DNA from: Strigamia acuminata
Lineage: Eukaryota
NCBI GenBank assembly: GCA_949358305.1
Contig: OX442314.1
Location: 25,854,001 to 25,918,000 of the forward strand
Length of the DNA: 64,000 nucleotides
Direction: 5' to 3'
Shown here: positions 45,924 to 59,445 of the stretch, piece after piece
Numbering within the stretch: the stretch's first letter is position 1
Layout of the letters: each line of letters opens with the position of its first letter
Notes under the pieces: generated by a model
What the model was told of the DNA's origin: nothing
The model's database searches: none
Seen by the model: only the letters and a program-made list of their open reading frames with translations
Made by a program: the position numbers and the translations under genes

Positions 45924-46973
45924 CAAGGTTGAACGACGTTATTAGGTTTGGCCACTTCGGCGAAATGACCTCACTTCCTAAAATTGAAGGGGCGGAGCTA
46001 GTGGCGTAGCAATCGCTTCTCTGACGTCAGTGGGCGCCGATTCAAAATTCAAAGTGTAAAAATAGCATCCTGTGCAGTTTTTTGCGTATAAAAATACCGA
46101 CAAGTCAAAATTAGATTTTAAATTAGTTTTTTTTTATTTCCCAAAGATAAGAAGATTAGGAAAAAATTGCAATTTGTGTGCAAACAAAAAATATGATCAA
46201 TTTTAAAGCAGAAAGAATCTGTTCAATAGTGTGACAATTGCAAATTACATGCAATGGACAGTTGGACAATCTAGAGGCACAGTTCAAAAAGCTAGTTTAT
46301 GGGCAAAATCAAAAATATAATTTGACCTGTTTTTTAATTAAGAATTGTTTGTATTTATTTGTGAATCATTTATGGGTTTTTAATTTTAGTTAGGAAATTC
46401 ACATACAAATGATATTCTATTTATTTAAAATTTTATGTAATAATTCCATGGATTTGTTGAAGTAAAAATATTTTTCAGAATGCTCTATTATTGTTCAAAT
46501 CGAATTTTTTGCATAACAAAAAAAAACGTGACTGTACAGTTTAATTTAATATCATACCTTGTCCATTTATTTTTTATCCAAATTTATCAGTGTCACACAA
46601 GTTTGATTTCAAAAATCATAAAAATCATACAACAGTAATAAAATAAAAAAAAATAAAAATTTATTGATGAGTGCAATCAAACAATTTAGTTAAGAAAAAA
46701 TATTTTTGAAAATTATTCCAATTTTATTATGGTATATTATGGTGAAAGTTCATGGATGGCTTAAACAAACACTTACCGGTAATCCAAATTCCAAACTTTG
46801 TAAAATACCTGACAAATTTGTAGAATAAATGGATTTGGTATCAGTATAAACGTTGTTCCAATGCTGATCATATTACACCCGGCGACGACTGACGTCATAA
46901 AAATGAGAACCAATGAGAGCCTGGTACACCCAACTCTCCAAGTGGCCAAACCTAATAACGTCGTTCAACCTTG
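45924..46973. mobile_element. Non-autonomous TIR element, P-superfamily-like
   Basis: TIR CAAGGTTGAACGACGTTATTAGGTTTGGCCACTT (about 34 bp); 8-bp TSD GGGAGCTC/GGGAGATC. Confidence 0.8.
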
Positions 46974-47311
46974 GGGAGATCACGGAAGCAAGCGCCAATG
47001 GTCTCACCGAGAAGCGCACGAAAGCGCCATCAGCAACGAATATGATAATCTTGTATTTAACCTTTTGTTTGAATTAAATAAAATTACTTGTAACATTCCA
47101 CATTACGAATCGCATCGTGTTCAATTTATTTCCAACAGAAGGAAACAGGAAGCATGCCAAACGAATTTAAACGGCCATTTGTACGATTGTACAGCTAGTA
47201 CAGTTAGTACAAATTCAGTTTGTTTGCAGGATATGACATTTTAACGTGAAAACGAGGTGATTAATTTAATACATTTAAGCAAATTTTGTTTAACCAATTT
47301 GAATGCAATTA

Positions 47312-47882
47312 CCGTACATCTTCGAATTGTCCGTGGGCCTTTAATAGCGCGTAGATCTCCAATTGCGCGCGGGTGCATAATTGGAGGCCCAAAATTTTCG
47401 AAATGTGCCAAAAAAGGACGAAAAATGAAACGTTTTGTATACGTTTTTTCCCGAAACGTATGGAAAACGTTTCATTTGTCACACTTTTAGGTGTTTTTCG
47501 TTGCAGATACGTTAAAAAAACACAGCTTTGGCCAATTGACCGATGCTGGGTTTAAATAGTCCGCAGGCTGGAGTGTTTTGCACTCCATTCCTTTCATTTG
47601 TTTTCTGTGTTAAATTGTGACGCGCGTCTTGCACGTCGCGTTCCCGCGACTTTGCGAGATTGCGTGTCGCGCCACCTATGTTTCTTATGCAAATAAACAT
47701 TCATGCAAATTTCCTACTACCGACTGGTCACTTATCGAACACCATCCAAGTACAATCCAATAGCATCGGTGCAATCAAGCACAAGAACACACCACGGGCC
47801 TCTAATAGCGCACTGGCCTCTATTTGTGCGCAGGGCGAAAAAATTTAAATAGCGTGCGGGTGCATTATTTGAAGATATACGG
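47312..47882. mobile_element. Tc1/mariner/pogo-type MITE
   Basis: TA-flanked imperfect TIRs CCGTACATCTTCGAAT/ATTTGAAGATATACGG. Confidence 0.65.
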
Positions 47883-48311
47883 TAATGTTTCTCACTGTGG
47901 GAAGATAAATTGAAATATCCCACACAAACTCTTCTCCAAGTTAGTTATCATCGCCTCACCCCCACGGAAGATGCTCAGGTGTTTGGACATTGCTTGGACG
48001 ATAAAAACTAATATGCTGTGCAGTGTTGCCAACATTTAACATTTTTTAAATTCTGGTATTCGACGTAATAATTACATGGTGTTGTCTATTCCTATTTCAT
48101 ATTCTTGCAAATGAATTTCAGGTTGGATAGGTATCGTATTAATACTTTTGTGTTGCGTAAACACTGGATTTTCCGGTTCAAAACTGGCCAAATGCTGGAT
48201 TATTATTGAAGAAAGATATCCTGAATATGAGGAACGATCAGGCTCACCCTATCCTACTATAGCATATCGAGCATACGGGAAAAAAATGAAGTAATTGACA
48301 ATAGTTTCGTG

Positions 48312-48730
48312 TATAGAGGTGGGTCCAAAAAGTCTGGGGAATGACAAAAAATTTGAAAAAAATTAACTTCCAATATTTTGATTTAATTTTTCTTTTAGGA
48401 TTACTAAATATAACTCTCAAGTAATGTCTGATTAAATTCTCAGACCGATTCAATAAAATTTATTCAAAGTATCAACGATAAATGAAAAAATAGATGTCCA
48501 AAAAGTCTGTTTGATGAAACAACTGGCAAATGATTAAAAGTGAAAAAAAAGCCTTATAATAAAGGTGTAATAATGTAACAATGCTCTAATAATGACTCTA
48601 AATATAATTTCACTAGCGTTGAAAAGAATAAACAAATTCAACAGACTTTTTGGACATTTAATCAGACATTACTTGAGTAGTATATTTAATAATTTAATAA
48701 TCCTAAAAAAAAATTAAATCAAAATATTGG
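48312..48730. mobile_element. Truncated MITE-like inverted repeat
   Basis: About 48370-48436 is the reverse complement of about 48656-48730; cut off by the LTR-like segment at 48731. Confidence 0.5.
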
Positions 48731-51700
48731 TGTTGAATCCGGAGTAATTATCAAACGAGGTTGAAACACAATTGAATCTTGTATTTAATTTGACGGTTGC
48801 TTTTGATTATACACTCGTGTTTAAGAACACTAATTTTGGTGATTACATTCGTTCGTTCGTTCGCAGAAGATACAGTTTATGTTTACATTTCGAGTTCGTT
48901 GTTAGTACTGAATTTTTATAATATGGTTACCATTGTTTACACGTTTCATTTTTGCATTACAATAAGACAATGCTTGTTTCGATTATTTCGCAATAAATAT
49001 GAATTTATAATTAATGTTTGCAATTAATCCGATTCAACATCTAACATCTCCCCAGAAATTTGATACATTTTAAATTTCTTTACGAGCACGTCGACGCCAC
49101 TTTGCCGTGCTGGACATCGGGTATGGTCGGTAAGCTTTTGTTCCGAGGTGACGCCTTGATCGTCGTATCCCAGCGTCCCAAAACGAACCACAGGGATCTT
49201 GTGCAGGTACAGCGTCGACGTTCGTCGGAGTATCCTGGGGTCGCGTTAACCGGGTCGCCAACCTGTCGAGCTCGGTCAATGTTTGGTCGACGTCTGCCGC
49301 TGGTCCAGGCGTCGGTTGATTGGTAACAATCGTCGGTTTCCTTCGTGTTCTAAGCGTCGGCACATCGTCGGGCGATGGCCTGATGAAACGTTTCCGCAAA
49401 TGATTTATATGCTTTACATGTTCAATGTTGTCAATGCATAACTTGACCTGGTAACGAACTAAACCCATCTTTTGGGTGATAACACCCTCCTCCCACTTCC
49501 CAAGTGGTGAACGGGCCCAAACAAGGTCATCAACGTCGAAGGACCGATTTGGGTGACTTGTTAAGTTGTCCGAAATCTTGTAAGTCATAATTGCAGACGT
49601 GTGTCCTGGCTTTCCATCCAAGCATGAGCTCGGCCGGAGTTAATCCAGTATGTGCGGATGGCGTGTTGTGTTGGTGAAATAAAAACTTCATCAACCTGAT
49701 CAATGTTGGCTCGATGGTCAACTTCTTCATTCCGTTTTTGAAGGTCTGCACGGCTCGTTCGGCCGGCCCGTTTGATTGGGCGTGATATGGCGGAGAAAAT
49801 CTCTGCACGATACCGTTGCTCAGGTAAAACGTCCGCATGTCGTCGGCTTGAAACGGTGATCCGTTGTCGGACACGACGACGTCGGGCAACCCGAAGGTCG
49901 CAAACCACCGCATTAATTGAAGAATCGTGGCTGTTGCTGTCGTTGTTGACATTCGCGCGGCCTCTATCCAGTTGGAAAAGGTGTCGACTGATACGAGAAA
50001 CTTCTCGCCGGCCAAATCCGCAAAATCGACGTGTAAACGGCTCCACGGCCGCACCGGAGTGGGCCACGAGATGGGGGTCTCCTTGGTCGGGAGGGCGCGA
50101 ACTCGTTGGCAGTTGGGGCACGTCGCTACCTGTTGCTCGATTTCGTTGCCGATTTTCGGCCACCAGTAGGCAGCTCGAGCCAGTCGCTTCATGGCCACGA
50201 TGCCTGGGTGTCCAAGGTGTAACTGGTTTAAAACACGTTGTCGCAGGACGGTCGGGGCGACTATTCGATGTCCGCGTAGAATCACACCGTCTACCACTGT
50301 CAGCTGGTCGGTGATTCTCGCAAAGTGATCCGGTAATTGCATGTGTTTGCCATTGGGCTGCACGCTGCACAATTCCAACAGCACCTGCAATAAAACAACA
50401 TCGGCAGCTGTTTCTGTTTTCAGTTCGTCCCATGTGACTGGCATTTCGCCCGCTGACATAAAAAGCATTTCGCTTTTTGTTACACTTTCCAAGTCTGAGA
50501 CAGCTCCATGTTGCAAAGGCAGGCGACTCAGCGCATCTGCATTCAAATGCTCAATTCCCTTACGATACTCAATCTCGTAATTAAACGAGCTGAGAAACAG
50601 CATCCACCGAAGCATCCGTAATGGAACTACCTCGGGGATGGGCTTCTTTCGCCCAAACAATCCCAAAAGGGGTTTATGATCCGTAATAATGATGAAAGCA
50701 TACCCCATTAGATAGATGATGAACTTTTTGATTCCAAAGATGACTGAGAGAGCTTCGCGGTCTAACTGGGAGTAGTTGCGTTCAGCAGAACTCATGGTTC
50801 TCGACGCATAAGCGACGGGTCGCTCGGCTCCATTTATGCGATGAGCCAGTACGGCTCCGACGCCGACGGGTGACGCGTCGACTGCCAAAACAATTTGGTG
50901 AGCCGGGTTAAACGGCATTAACACGTTTGGTGACACAAGTTCGCGTTTTATACGCATAAAAGCCAACTCGTGTGCCTGGCTCCAAACCCATGTCTCACCT
51001 TTCTGGAGAAGGCGATACAATGGTGACAATATAGTAGCCATGTTGGGTAAAAACATGGCGTAGAATGTCACCAGTCCAAGAAATGCACGCAACTCGTGCA
51101 CACTGGTCGGTGACGGTGCTGCCATTATCGCCTCGACTTTAGCTTGTAAGGGAGAGATTCCTACGTCCGCTATGCGGAAGCCAAGAAAGTCGACAGCGAC
51201 GGCCATAAAAATGCACTTAGGCTTGCAAAGCCTCAACCCAATTTTGCGAAAACGCAAAAATGCACGGCGAAGCAAATTAAGATGATCAGCTCGATTTTTC
51301 GACGGCAACAACATGTCGTCTTGATACGGCCTAACCTCATCGATGTCCCTGAACTCTTCCTCGATCATACGTTGGAATTCCCCCGCTGCCGTGATGATAC
51401 CAAACGGCATGCGGGTAACTCGGAAAAGGCCCATGTGAGTATTAACCGCTACTAAATACGATGATTCGTCGTCCAACTGGCGCTGCTGATACGCTTGTTG
51501 GAGATCGACTTTCGAGAAAATCTTTGCCTCGCCAATGGACGCCAGGATGTCCTGTATCTTGGGCAGCGGATATGGGTGTGGGTACAACGCTGCGTTGATA
51601 GTGGAGCGGTAGTCCCCACAAACGCGGATATTACCGTCTTTCTTTGGGACGATAACCAACGGCGTAGCCCACCTGCTGTACTTCGTTGGCACAAGTATAC

Positions 51701-52290
51701 GCTGCTGTTGCAGCTCGAAAAGTGCTGTTTCCACCTTGGCTCGAAGAGCCATTGGTACCACTCTAGGTCTAAAAAACCTGGGTGGCACGGTGGCGTCCAC
51801 CTCCAAATGGAGCGGGGGTCCGTTGTATAGACCAAGACCTGGCGTGAAAATATCAGCAAACTCATCCAGTAATGCTTCCAGTTCGTGGTCGGGGCCCAAT
51901 TGATTAACTGCTTTAGCGACCGGTGTGTGTAGTGATGCGGGTTCGCAAGTGCGCCCCAACTTCGCAAGGATGTTACGTCCAATGAGGCTTGGGCCACCGT
52001 TTTCGACCACGAGGAATGTAACGTCCGCTGTCCTATTTGCTTCGACAATTTCTACTTCAATTTTCCCGTATACTTCGACGCGATGGCCGCTGTAAGTTCG
52101 CAACGTGTTGTGGGCATACCTCACGACTGGTGCGGTCATCGCATCGGGCCAAAGCAAGTTATACGTGTCGCGAGTCATCAGCGACTGTTCACATCCTGTA
52201 TCCATTATCATCCTCACGGGTTTTCCGTTCAATGTCACAGCCAACTCAATTGGCGGAAATCGCTGGTCCAAGTCTGTAACCATGAAGACG
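48731..52290 (-). mobile_element. 5'-truncated Ty3/gypsy retrotransposon
   Basis: pol remnant; PPT GGGGAGA at about 49047-49053; LTR-like TGTTGAATC..GATTCAACA segment at 48731-49039; no gag or 5' LTR. Confidence 0.85.
49530..52283 (-). CDS. Gypsy pol (PR-RT-RH-IN); frameshift into 49070..49621
   Basis: IMDTGC, YQDD, VDASPVGVGAVL, TDHKPL, NADALSR, VSDNG, SNGPAERAV. Confidence 0.9.
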   Translation of the reverse strand: MVTDLDQRFPPIELAVTLNGKPVRMIMDTGCEQSLMTRDTYNLLWPDAMTAPVVRYAHNTLRTYSGHRVEVYGKIEVEIVEANRTADVTFLVVENGGPSLIGRNILAKLGRTCEPASLHTPVAKAVNQLGPDHELEALLDEFADIFTPGLGLYNGPPLHLEVDATVPPRFFRPRVVPMALRAKVETALFELQQQRILVPTKYSRWATPLVIVPKKDGNIRVCGDYRSTINAALYPHPYPLPKIQDILASIGEAKIFSKVDLQQAYQQRQLDDESSYLVAVNTHMGLFRVTRMPFGIITAAGEFQRMIEEEFRDIDEVRPYQDDMLLPSKNRADHLNLLRRAFLRFRKIGLRLCKPKCIFMAVAVDFLGFRIADVGISPLQAKVEAIMAAPSPTSVHELRAFLGLVTFYAMFLPNMATILSPLYRLLQKGETWVWSQAHELAFMRIKRELVSPNVLMPFNPAHQIVLAVDASPVGVGAVLAHRINGAERPVAYASRTMSSAERNYSQLDREALSVIFGIKKFIIYLMGYAFIIITDHKPLLGLFGRKKPIPEVVPLRMLRWMLFLSSFNYEIEYRKGIEHLNADALSRLPLQHGAVSDLESVTKSEMLFMSAGEMPVTWDELKTETAADVVLLQVLLELCSVQPNGKHMQLPDHFARITDQLTVVDGVILRGHRIVAPTVLRQRVLNQLHLGHPGIVAMKRLARAAYWWPKIGNEIEQQVATCPNCQRVRALPTKETPISWPTPVRPWSRLHVDFADLAGEKFLVSVDTFSNWIEAARMSTTTATATILQLMRWFATFGLPDVVVSDNGSPFQADDMRTFYLSNGIVQRFSPPYHAQSNGPAERAVQTFKNGMKKLTIEPTLIRLMKFLFHQHNTPSAHTGLTPAELMLGWKARTHVCNYDLQDFGQLNKSPKSVLRR

Positions 52291-52601
52291 TAATAGTCGT
52301 CAGGACTCGTATAGTAAAAATAAAAGTGGCAACTATTAGTTGCATTAGAAAATTTAATTCAAAATATAATCTGCCATTTTTAAATTGATTAATGGTATCT
52401 ATTGTACATATTAGCAAAAAAATTACCTTTTTTCATTTTTATTTTTCCAGGCCAATGGCTGTATTTGCATTAAGTTCAATAGCACTTGCATGTTTGCTCA
52501 CTTTCATTCAAATATTAGTAGACAGCAGTCACAACACACAAGTAAAACCACCGCCTGAAACGATAACCTTCCAAACCTTTGTATTTGCATTTGGAACTAT
52601 A

Positions 52602-52806
52602 TGTTGGTTTTGAGTGCCCAGTCTTCACGCCAGGTGAACGTTTCACCTGCGCACCCACGACGTCCAGATGACGTACTTGGCGTAAACCAATCAGGGTTGA
52701 GCGCACCTGTATATAATGTGTTAGCAATTAGAATAAAGTTAGTCATTCCTGTTAAACCTAACCACGCGTCTTATCATTGTCCCAACCTTCGACACTAAAA
52801 ACTACA
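52602..52806. mobile_element. Solo LTR inside the transporter exon
   Basis: TG..CA ends, 5-bp TSD CTATA, internal TATA and AATAAA; removing it restores FGTILFAFGG. Confidence 0.85.
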
Positions 52807-53439
52807 CTATACTATTTGCATTTGGTGGTGCAGCATTATTTCCAACAATTCAAAACGACATGAGAGATCGAAAACAATTCCCAAAGTCAATTCTCATCAC
52901 TTTCATAAGTATAGTTCACTAAACTAATAACTCTTGTTTGAACTTTAACGTTTTGATTTCACGTAGATTGTGACCATCTAAACATCAGGTTGGCCTGAAA
53001 ATGATAAAATGAAAAAAGAAAAGAAACTTTGCAAATATTATCATAGATAACAACAATGATGATAACATGATCCAGTAATTGCATTCAAAAATTCGTCTTT
53101 AAAGTGCTTGTATTTTTGATTTTGTATTTTTTAACATCACAAGACAAAAACACAAACGACTAAAAAACTACTTTTTAGAATGCAGTTGTTGTTAAAGTGG
53201 AACAATTGTTGTCCTCGTACGTCACAAACACGACAATATTACGTTTTATCACTTTGAGGCTGACAGGTGTTTACTGTACTCGTACTTGTACACGACACAA
53301 TGTTTTTGTGAGACCAAATCGACTTCATACATTAATTACCGTATTTTACCGATTAAGAGTCGCCCTCGAATAGTAGCAGCAGCTGAGACACCAAGAATAC
53401 CGTATTTTTGCAAAAGTACGGTATTGTTTCCGTATTTAA

Positions 53440-53881
53440 CCCTCAGAGGCATAAGGCTATAGGGATTTATGGACAAGCTCTTTCTTGAATAGGAAAACTT
53501 TTTGCTGAAAATTTGGGACTTTGTTTATGTGATAATAAACTAAATCTCAGGTGAAATTTGTCGTGATTGATCATTTATTTAATTAAATATTCAACTTGGA
53601 AATTTTCTGCCCCTTAAAACTCCAGCAAAACTTTTAAGCTGGGCTTTGCTGCATTTGTAAACAGCGCTTCAGTGAACAGCTTTTCGCATTTACCAGTAGT
53701 AATTAAAACCACCTCCAGATGGCTCAAATCTATTTATTTTTATTGTTTAGGCATTTCGCCCTCTATAAAATTAGTTGCGAACTAAAAACAATGGCGCTTT
53801 AGCCAATCGACTTAAAAATTGTCCATAAATCCGTAATGGCTTAAACCAGAACGGCACATTTTACCCTCATGCCTCCGAGGG
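53440..53881. mobile_element. piggyBac-type MITE
   Basis: TTAA|CCCTCAGAGGCAT ... ATGCCTCCGAGGG|TTAA. Confidence 0.8.
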
Positions 53882-56800
53882 TTAACCTCACAAACGTCGA
53901 ACGTACGCTTTGTTCCTGACGTTCAGACTTCGTTTGTTACATTAAAGAAATGTAACAAACGAAAAACCGAAATTGTGATTGCTGACAAAAATGGCGGTTT
54001 CGAATAAAAGCGACGGCTCTAAGTCTAAAACATTTGTCCCTGTATTTCCCGTTTTTATGATTCTGCAGCTACTGACACTTAACCATCTATTAATTCTGTG
54101 CTTAATTTATTCATAAATTTCAGTATTACTAATTCTCTACACACCTGTGGCAGTGACGGGTTACTTTGTATTTGGATCTGCCGTCCGTCCTAATATAGTT
54201 GAAAACTTGACATTAGGAGTAACTACTAAAATTGTCCAAAGTTTACTCATTGTGCACATGTTTTTCGCTTTTATCATTGCATTAAACCCAGTCAGTCAGC
54301 AAATAGAAGAATTTCTAAAAATATCTCAAAGTGCTTGTAAGTACAATATTTAAAAACATTTCATGTTATTTTTTTATGAATAAATTTATCAGTATTATTT
54401 TTTCAGATTTGAATTGGAGAAGATATTTACTACGGACATGTGTAGTACTACTTGTAATTTTTGTCGCTTTAAGCGTTCCGCATTTTGGCAATATATTGTC
54501 ATTAATAGGCGGTTCATCAGTAACGATGCTCACATTCATTTTCCCATCATTATTCTACTTGAGATTATGCGGTCAGAAACATACAAACTGGCCTCCAATG
54601 TAAGAAATTTATGACGACAGATAAGTGCGGTGTTTCATTAAAACTTTATGAATTATTTTCAGACCTGTGTCTTTGCACGAAAAAGTGTATTTATGGGAGT
54701 TGATCGCGATTGGTGTATTAGGGGGTATTGCGGCAACCTGGAGTGCCATTAAATCCATTGTTGAGTCATCGACATTCACTCAGCCATGCTATGTTAATCC
54801 CAATTTACAGTGTTACCTTGACCCTAAAGACTGTTAATAGCAAATTATCCATAAAGTATAAATTATTGACTTAACACAACTAATTAACGAATTTAAAATC
54901 GAATTCAGTGTACCGAGCATAAATAAATATCCAAATTACGTGAATAATTGAAAATCCTGACCTTTTTCATTGAAAAACTTGCCAACTCAGGTAAGAATCA
55001 AATATATTTATAGTCAATGCTGTGCGATGTTCACGCAGGCGCCATGTTGTTTGGATGCGGCCGGGCATCGGGCGAGACGGCGTAGTCAGATAATTCTGTT
55101 AAAGATCGTAATGAGGATTAAATCAGAGTGTTATGACGGTCACGTATGCTTCCCTTCGATATAACGACAATTACACCAACAGATGGCGCTGATGTCAATA
55201 AGCGGCAAATTCGAATAGAATTTGCTACTTGATATGAATTCACATAAAACGCAACTTTTATGTGATTTCAAAGCAATAGGAACAAGTTTATCTTTATTTA
55301 TGGAAAAAAGTATAGATATAAAACTATTGGTGACAACTCTTGCCAAGTTATCACCAAAACTAGGTTTAGGGATTAACTCCCCCTTGCACCTGCTCCAAGC
55401 TCGGACCCCCGCGGATTAAGTTGAAAGACTTAATCCAAAAGTGTTCCTCGCTATCCAGTTCCTGTCCCGACCTAGCAGAGAGCTATATTGACCACCTGGA
55501 CTGAATATGTGTCCTGAGTATCCCATCACCTTGACCAGTGATTGGAGGGATTCAGGGGACCACTGCTCTCATTGGAGCAATGGTCAAGCTATTGTCCACC
55601 CCGAGTATAAACTTCCTCGCAACAGGAAGTCACTCGCTCTTGTCCTGAATATTGATACATATGAATTACTTGAGCCTTTCTACTACTTCGGTTGTCATGT
55701 TGATTGCGCAGTCAATGCCCCTTATACTGCGGGCCTATGACAACCTACATACGGCGTACACTTGACGTGGAGATGGGTGTTATGATGCCTCCATGTCCGG
55801 GTGCCCGATGACGGCCGTGTGGCCGCGAGGAGATTGTGTTCGGCGATGGGTGATGAATACCGTCGGGCACTTTATTCAATCCACAGTGTTCCTCAATGCA
55901 TGCGAGATGTAGTAAGCCACGGCTGCCGAACAGCGTGTCGAAAATACATCAACTTAGGGTTGAAATGACTAAACTTGAAAAAGTCTAACCAAAGTAAATC
56001 CCCAACTGGTTTATGTCATAACTTACCATTATGCATAAACATGGATACTTCTACAAGAATTACCAAGACTGAAGACTAGCTACATGTAACATTTACCTCA
56101 CCAGTAAATGTGTAACTAAATTGCCAACTTTATGTAAGCTGAATTATTACGAGTATTTACTGAAAAGTAATACTCTAATAAATGCATCATTACACGTACC
56201 AGAACCACAACAGTTATGATTGTAAACTCGCAACAGTTTACTCTCATATGAAGAACCATTTGACTTATCACAACCGATTATAAATGTCGCAAAACATTTA
56301 TAAGAGGTCAATTGGTAAATGGCTCTCGCAAGCCATTTAAACCAATAACCGCCCCAAGTTTGTGGCGATGCAGATAACGTCAACCGCAAATACTCGGATA
56401 CTAACCCCTTCATTATAGATTCGAACCAGGACCAAACAATCAACCGATTCAGACGACATCTTACCAGGACGAAGCCGATTGATATTATTATAGCGCCGCA
56501 CAGGCAACTATATGTATAGTTTAATCGAGAATTCCTTTGGCCAATTGTCGGCATAGTTATTGTGTAACTATATTTTATGCGAATTGATTAATATAATCAC
56601 TTTACGGTGATTATATTTACATATCAATAAAGATGTTATGATTTGATAACCAAATGCCTTCTTATTTTACCCAGTTCACACCTTTAGGTTGGTAAGCCTT
56701 TTCTCAACACAGACAGATAGACTTGCTTGTTATGCTTAATTTAAGCGGAGAGCGTCATCGTCACAGTGTGAAATCGTTTTATTAAGTTTAACAGACAGTT

Positions 56801-56890
56801 AAAATACCGTTTCAATTATCCCACTACGGATGACGATGCACGAAGTCACACTGTTCAGCGATGGCCGTCGAGTTGGGACAAGAAAGTAGT

Positions 56891-57106
56891 AACACTACTT
56901 TTCTATTTTTTGAGTAAAAAGGCCAATTTTATCATTACACTTGGTGAATAGGCTGCTGGACATGTGACATGTGACATCATGAATAGTGGATTATGAATTG
57001 TGAATTATGAGTAGTTATGATGTCACATGTCACATGTCCAGCAGCCTATTCACCAAGTGTAATGATAAAATTGGCCTTTTTACTCAAAAAATAAAAAATT
57101 AGTGTT
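56891..57106. repeat. Near-perfect palindrome with arms of about 100 bp
   Basis: 56905-56990 is the reverse complement of 57017-57092 plus flanks. Confidence 0.9.
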
Positions 57107-58266
57107 TCAACACACAGTAAAGAATTCTGTGTGTTGTAAACGTTTGTAACAATGTGAGAGAGAGATGCATTTAAATAAAAAAATATTGACTGTTCAGATA
57201 ATAACAATACTTTTTTTTTAAATTAAACAATTGTGGATGTGGATTACACACTCCTGTGGTCTCCATATAAGACAAAGCAGCCTGGACCGCACTGAAGGCA
57301 GAAAATCAAGGCGAATTGGCCGAACTCAAAGTCCAGAAACGGGTAGAAATTGGACGTATTAGAATTAGAATGAACTCCACGGAAACAATTTCTTAATATC
57401 TGGCTCAAATGATTTCAGTAGCCAAGAAACTTAAATCGATCGGTGCGCCCATAGACGAGGCGGAATTATGGGCACATATTTTAAACGGACTCACAGTGGA
57501 TTATACTGCAGTGGTCGCAAGTTGTGACGTAATTGGTCGGAGCACATTAAAGTTACATGACTTGGGAGAGCCCTCTTGGCTGAGGAATCAAGTAGAGCGG
57601 CACTTCCGAGTCTAGCAGAAGTTCTGTATATACATATGTACCAAGGCCATCGTGAGGCCCTTTTCCAAACGCACCAACCAATCAATCGCAAAAAAAATCA
57701 GGCCCCTTGACAAAAATTTTTAAAGTTTTCCTGTTTCCTTCTGTTGGAAATAAATTGAACACGATGCGATTCGTAATGTGGAATGTTACAAGTGATTTTA
57801 TTTCATTCAAACAAAAGGTTAAATACAAGATTATCATATTCGTTGCTGATGGCGCTTTCGTGCGCTTCTCGGTGAGACCATTGGCGCTTGCTTCCGTGAT
57901 CTCCCAACGCCTTCGATAAAATATAGAGTCCCACGCCTTGACTAAACGTTCAAAATCATCCGAAAATTGGACCTTCACCTAAATCTGCACTAGGACATGG
58001 AAACTATGATTATGAGACTTTTACTTTCCTGCAATTTTTCTTTTGTGTTCTGACTGTTGTCTATTAATATTTGAGTAAAAGTGAGAAAAGAAGCTGTGGA
58101 ACTTAAGGTAAATACAGCCATTGGCTTGCAAGAAAAAAACATTGAAATGCACTGAAATTGATTACATGGTTTATTCAGAAATTCCAAGTTCTAGTAAAAA
58201 GCTTTTTTACTCTAAGCTTGGACGAGCTCGTCCAAGCTCTAAGTAATTGCTTCGTTTGTTCATCCA

Positions 58267-59445
58267 TTACTTGCCCGTGTTTAGTCCTTTTGCATAACAT
58301 CCGTAACCAAGCATTTTTAGTTTGCAAATATAAGGCGAACAACATTCCGAGCTACTTGCGCAACCTTTACCGTATGCAGTACAACTAGAAAGCAAACGAG
58401 TAAAATTATTGTAAGATAGATTAGTGTGCGGCTGTGACAGTGTAGCACACCCAAACGCTCCCACGCCTTCTGTTCATACATTGAAAAATAAATCTAAACA
58501 CCCGGTTTGCTTCTCTCCGTGACCAAGCCCATAAGAATAAAATGGTGTGCCAACGTTTATGTTTATAAACTTGGGTTGGATCGGGCTAGTATTTGGTCTG
58601 TTCCAAAGCTTTCATAAAAACGGAAGGAATTAACCACTAACTGAGCTGGAACCGATGTGTTTCGTTACTATTTTGAACTCTGACCGAATCGGCAACGAGC
58701 CGATGCGATGTCAACGGTTCGGCGCAGTGACGAAACGGCTCGAGAATTTGAATTGATGAAATAGCTTTATACCAATTTACCTGCGCTTAGACATCTCTCC
58801 AATGTCCCGTATTTCTTCTGAAAAAAGAATTTCAAAAATATAATAAGTAAGCTATGTATTGCTACAATGCACAACAAATAAGAGCACAGTGGATATTTTT
58901 GTCATTAAATTTTTAAATAAAAAGCAACTTTTATGATTCTCATTCAGACGTCGTTTTTTCGGGCCTCCGACGCAGGTCCCGAACTTTCAAATTTCAAATT
59001 TCTAAATTGTGTTTAATAAAGTTATATGGTTTTTCGATTTTGAGGCCCCACTAATAACGACTTTATCCGCAGGACCCGTAAACCTCCAGCTAGCCCGGCC
59101 CTGCGCTCATTGAGTTGACATTAATAATTGTATAAGCAAACACTCTGCAATAGTGATTTTATTCTATTCTGTTTCTGTTCCTTTTAACATCACTACTGAG
59201 CTAAAAGACATCACAGGAGCTACAGATTGAATGCATAAATAACTGTGGAACATAAATGTGAGAAATTTAGTTAACTGAGATATCTCCACTGTTTGTGCTA
59301 CATACAGTACGTAGCTACGGATTTATAATAATTGCAAAGTTAAAAATCGATTTTAGTTACCTAGTTTCGAGATTGCCGACGGCGTAACATTTTGGGCGAG
59401 CAGCATCAAACCAATTGCCATCAGAAGAATAGAACACTTGTTCAT
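58267..59445 (-). CDS. ICK/knottin prepropeptide, copy 3
   Basis: Same three exons as copy 1. Confidence 0.85.

Larger units (their letters stand above)
31950..47152. repeat. Large palindrome, copy 1 (centre about 39250-39390; arms about 2 kb after removing three TE insertions)
   Basis: 37578-39250 is the reverse complement of 39390-40967 plus 45726-45820; 31950-32229 pairs with 45820-45923 plus 46974-47152. Confidence 0.9.
48122..54837 (+). pseudogene. Amino-acid transporter (Aa_trans/AVT-like), disrupted
   Basis: Exons at about 48122-48290 (GWIGIVL..PYPTIAYRAYG), 52451-52908 (FAFGGAALFPTIQNDM), 54124-54336, 54408-54599, 54663-54837; solo LTR inside an exon, gypsy in an intron, no 5' exon found. 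Confidence 0.85.

Noticed and set aside
55380..56710. Possible retroelement remnant or LTR
   Set aside because: No paired LTR, TSD or recognisable domain found
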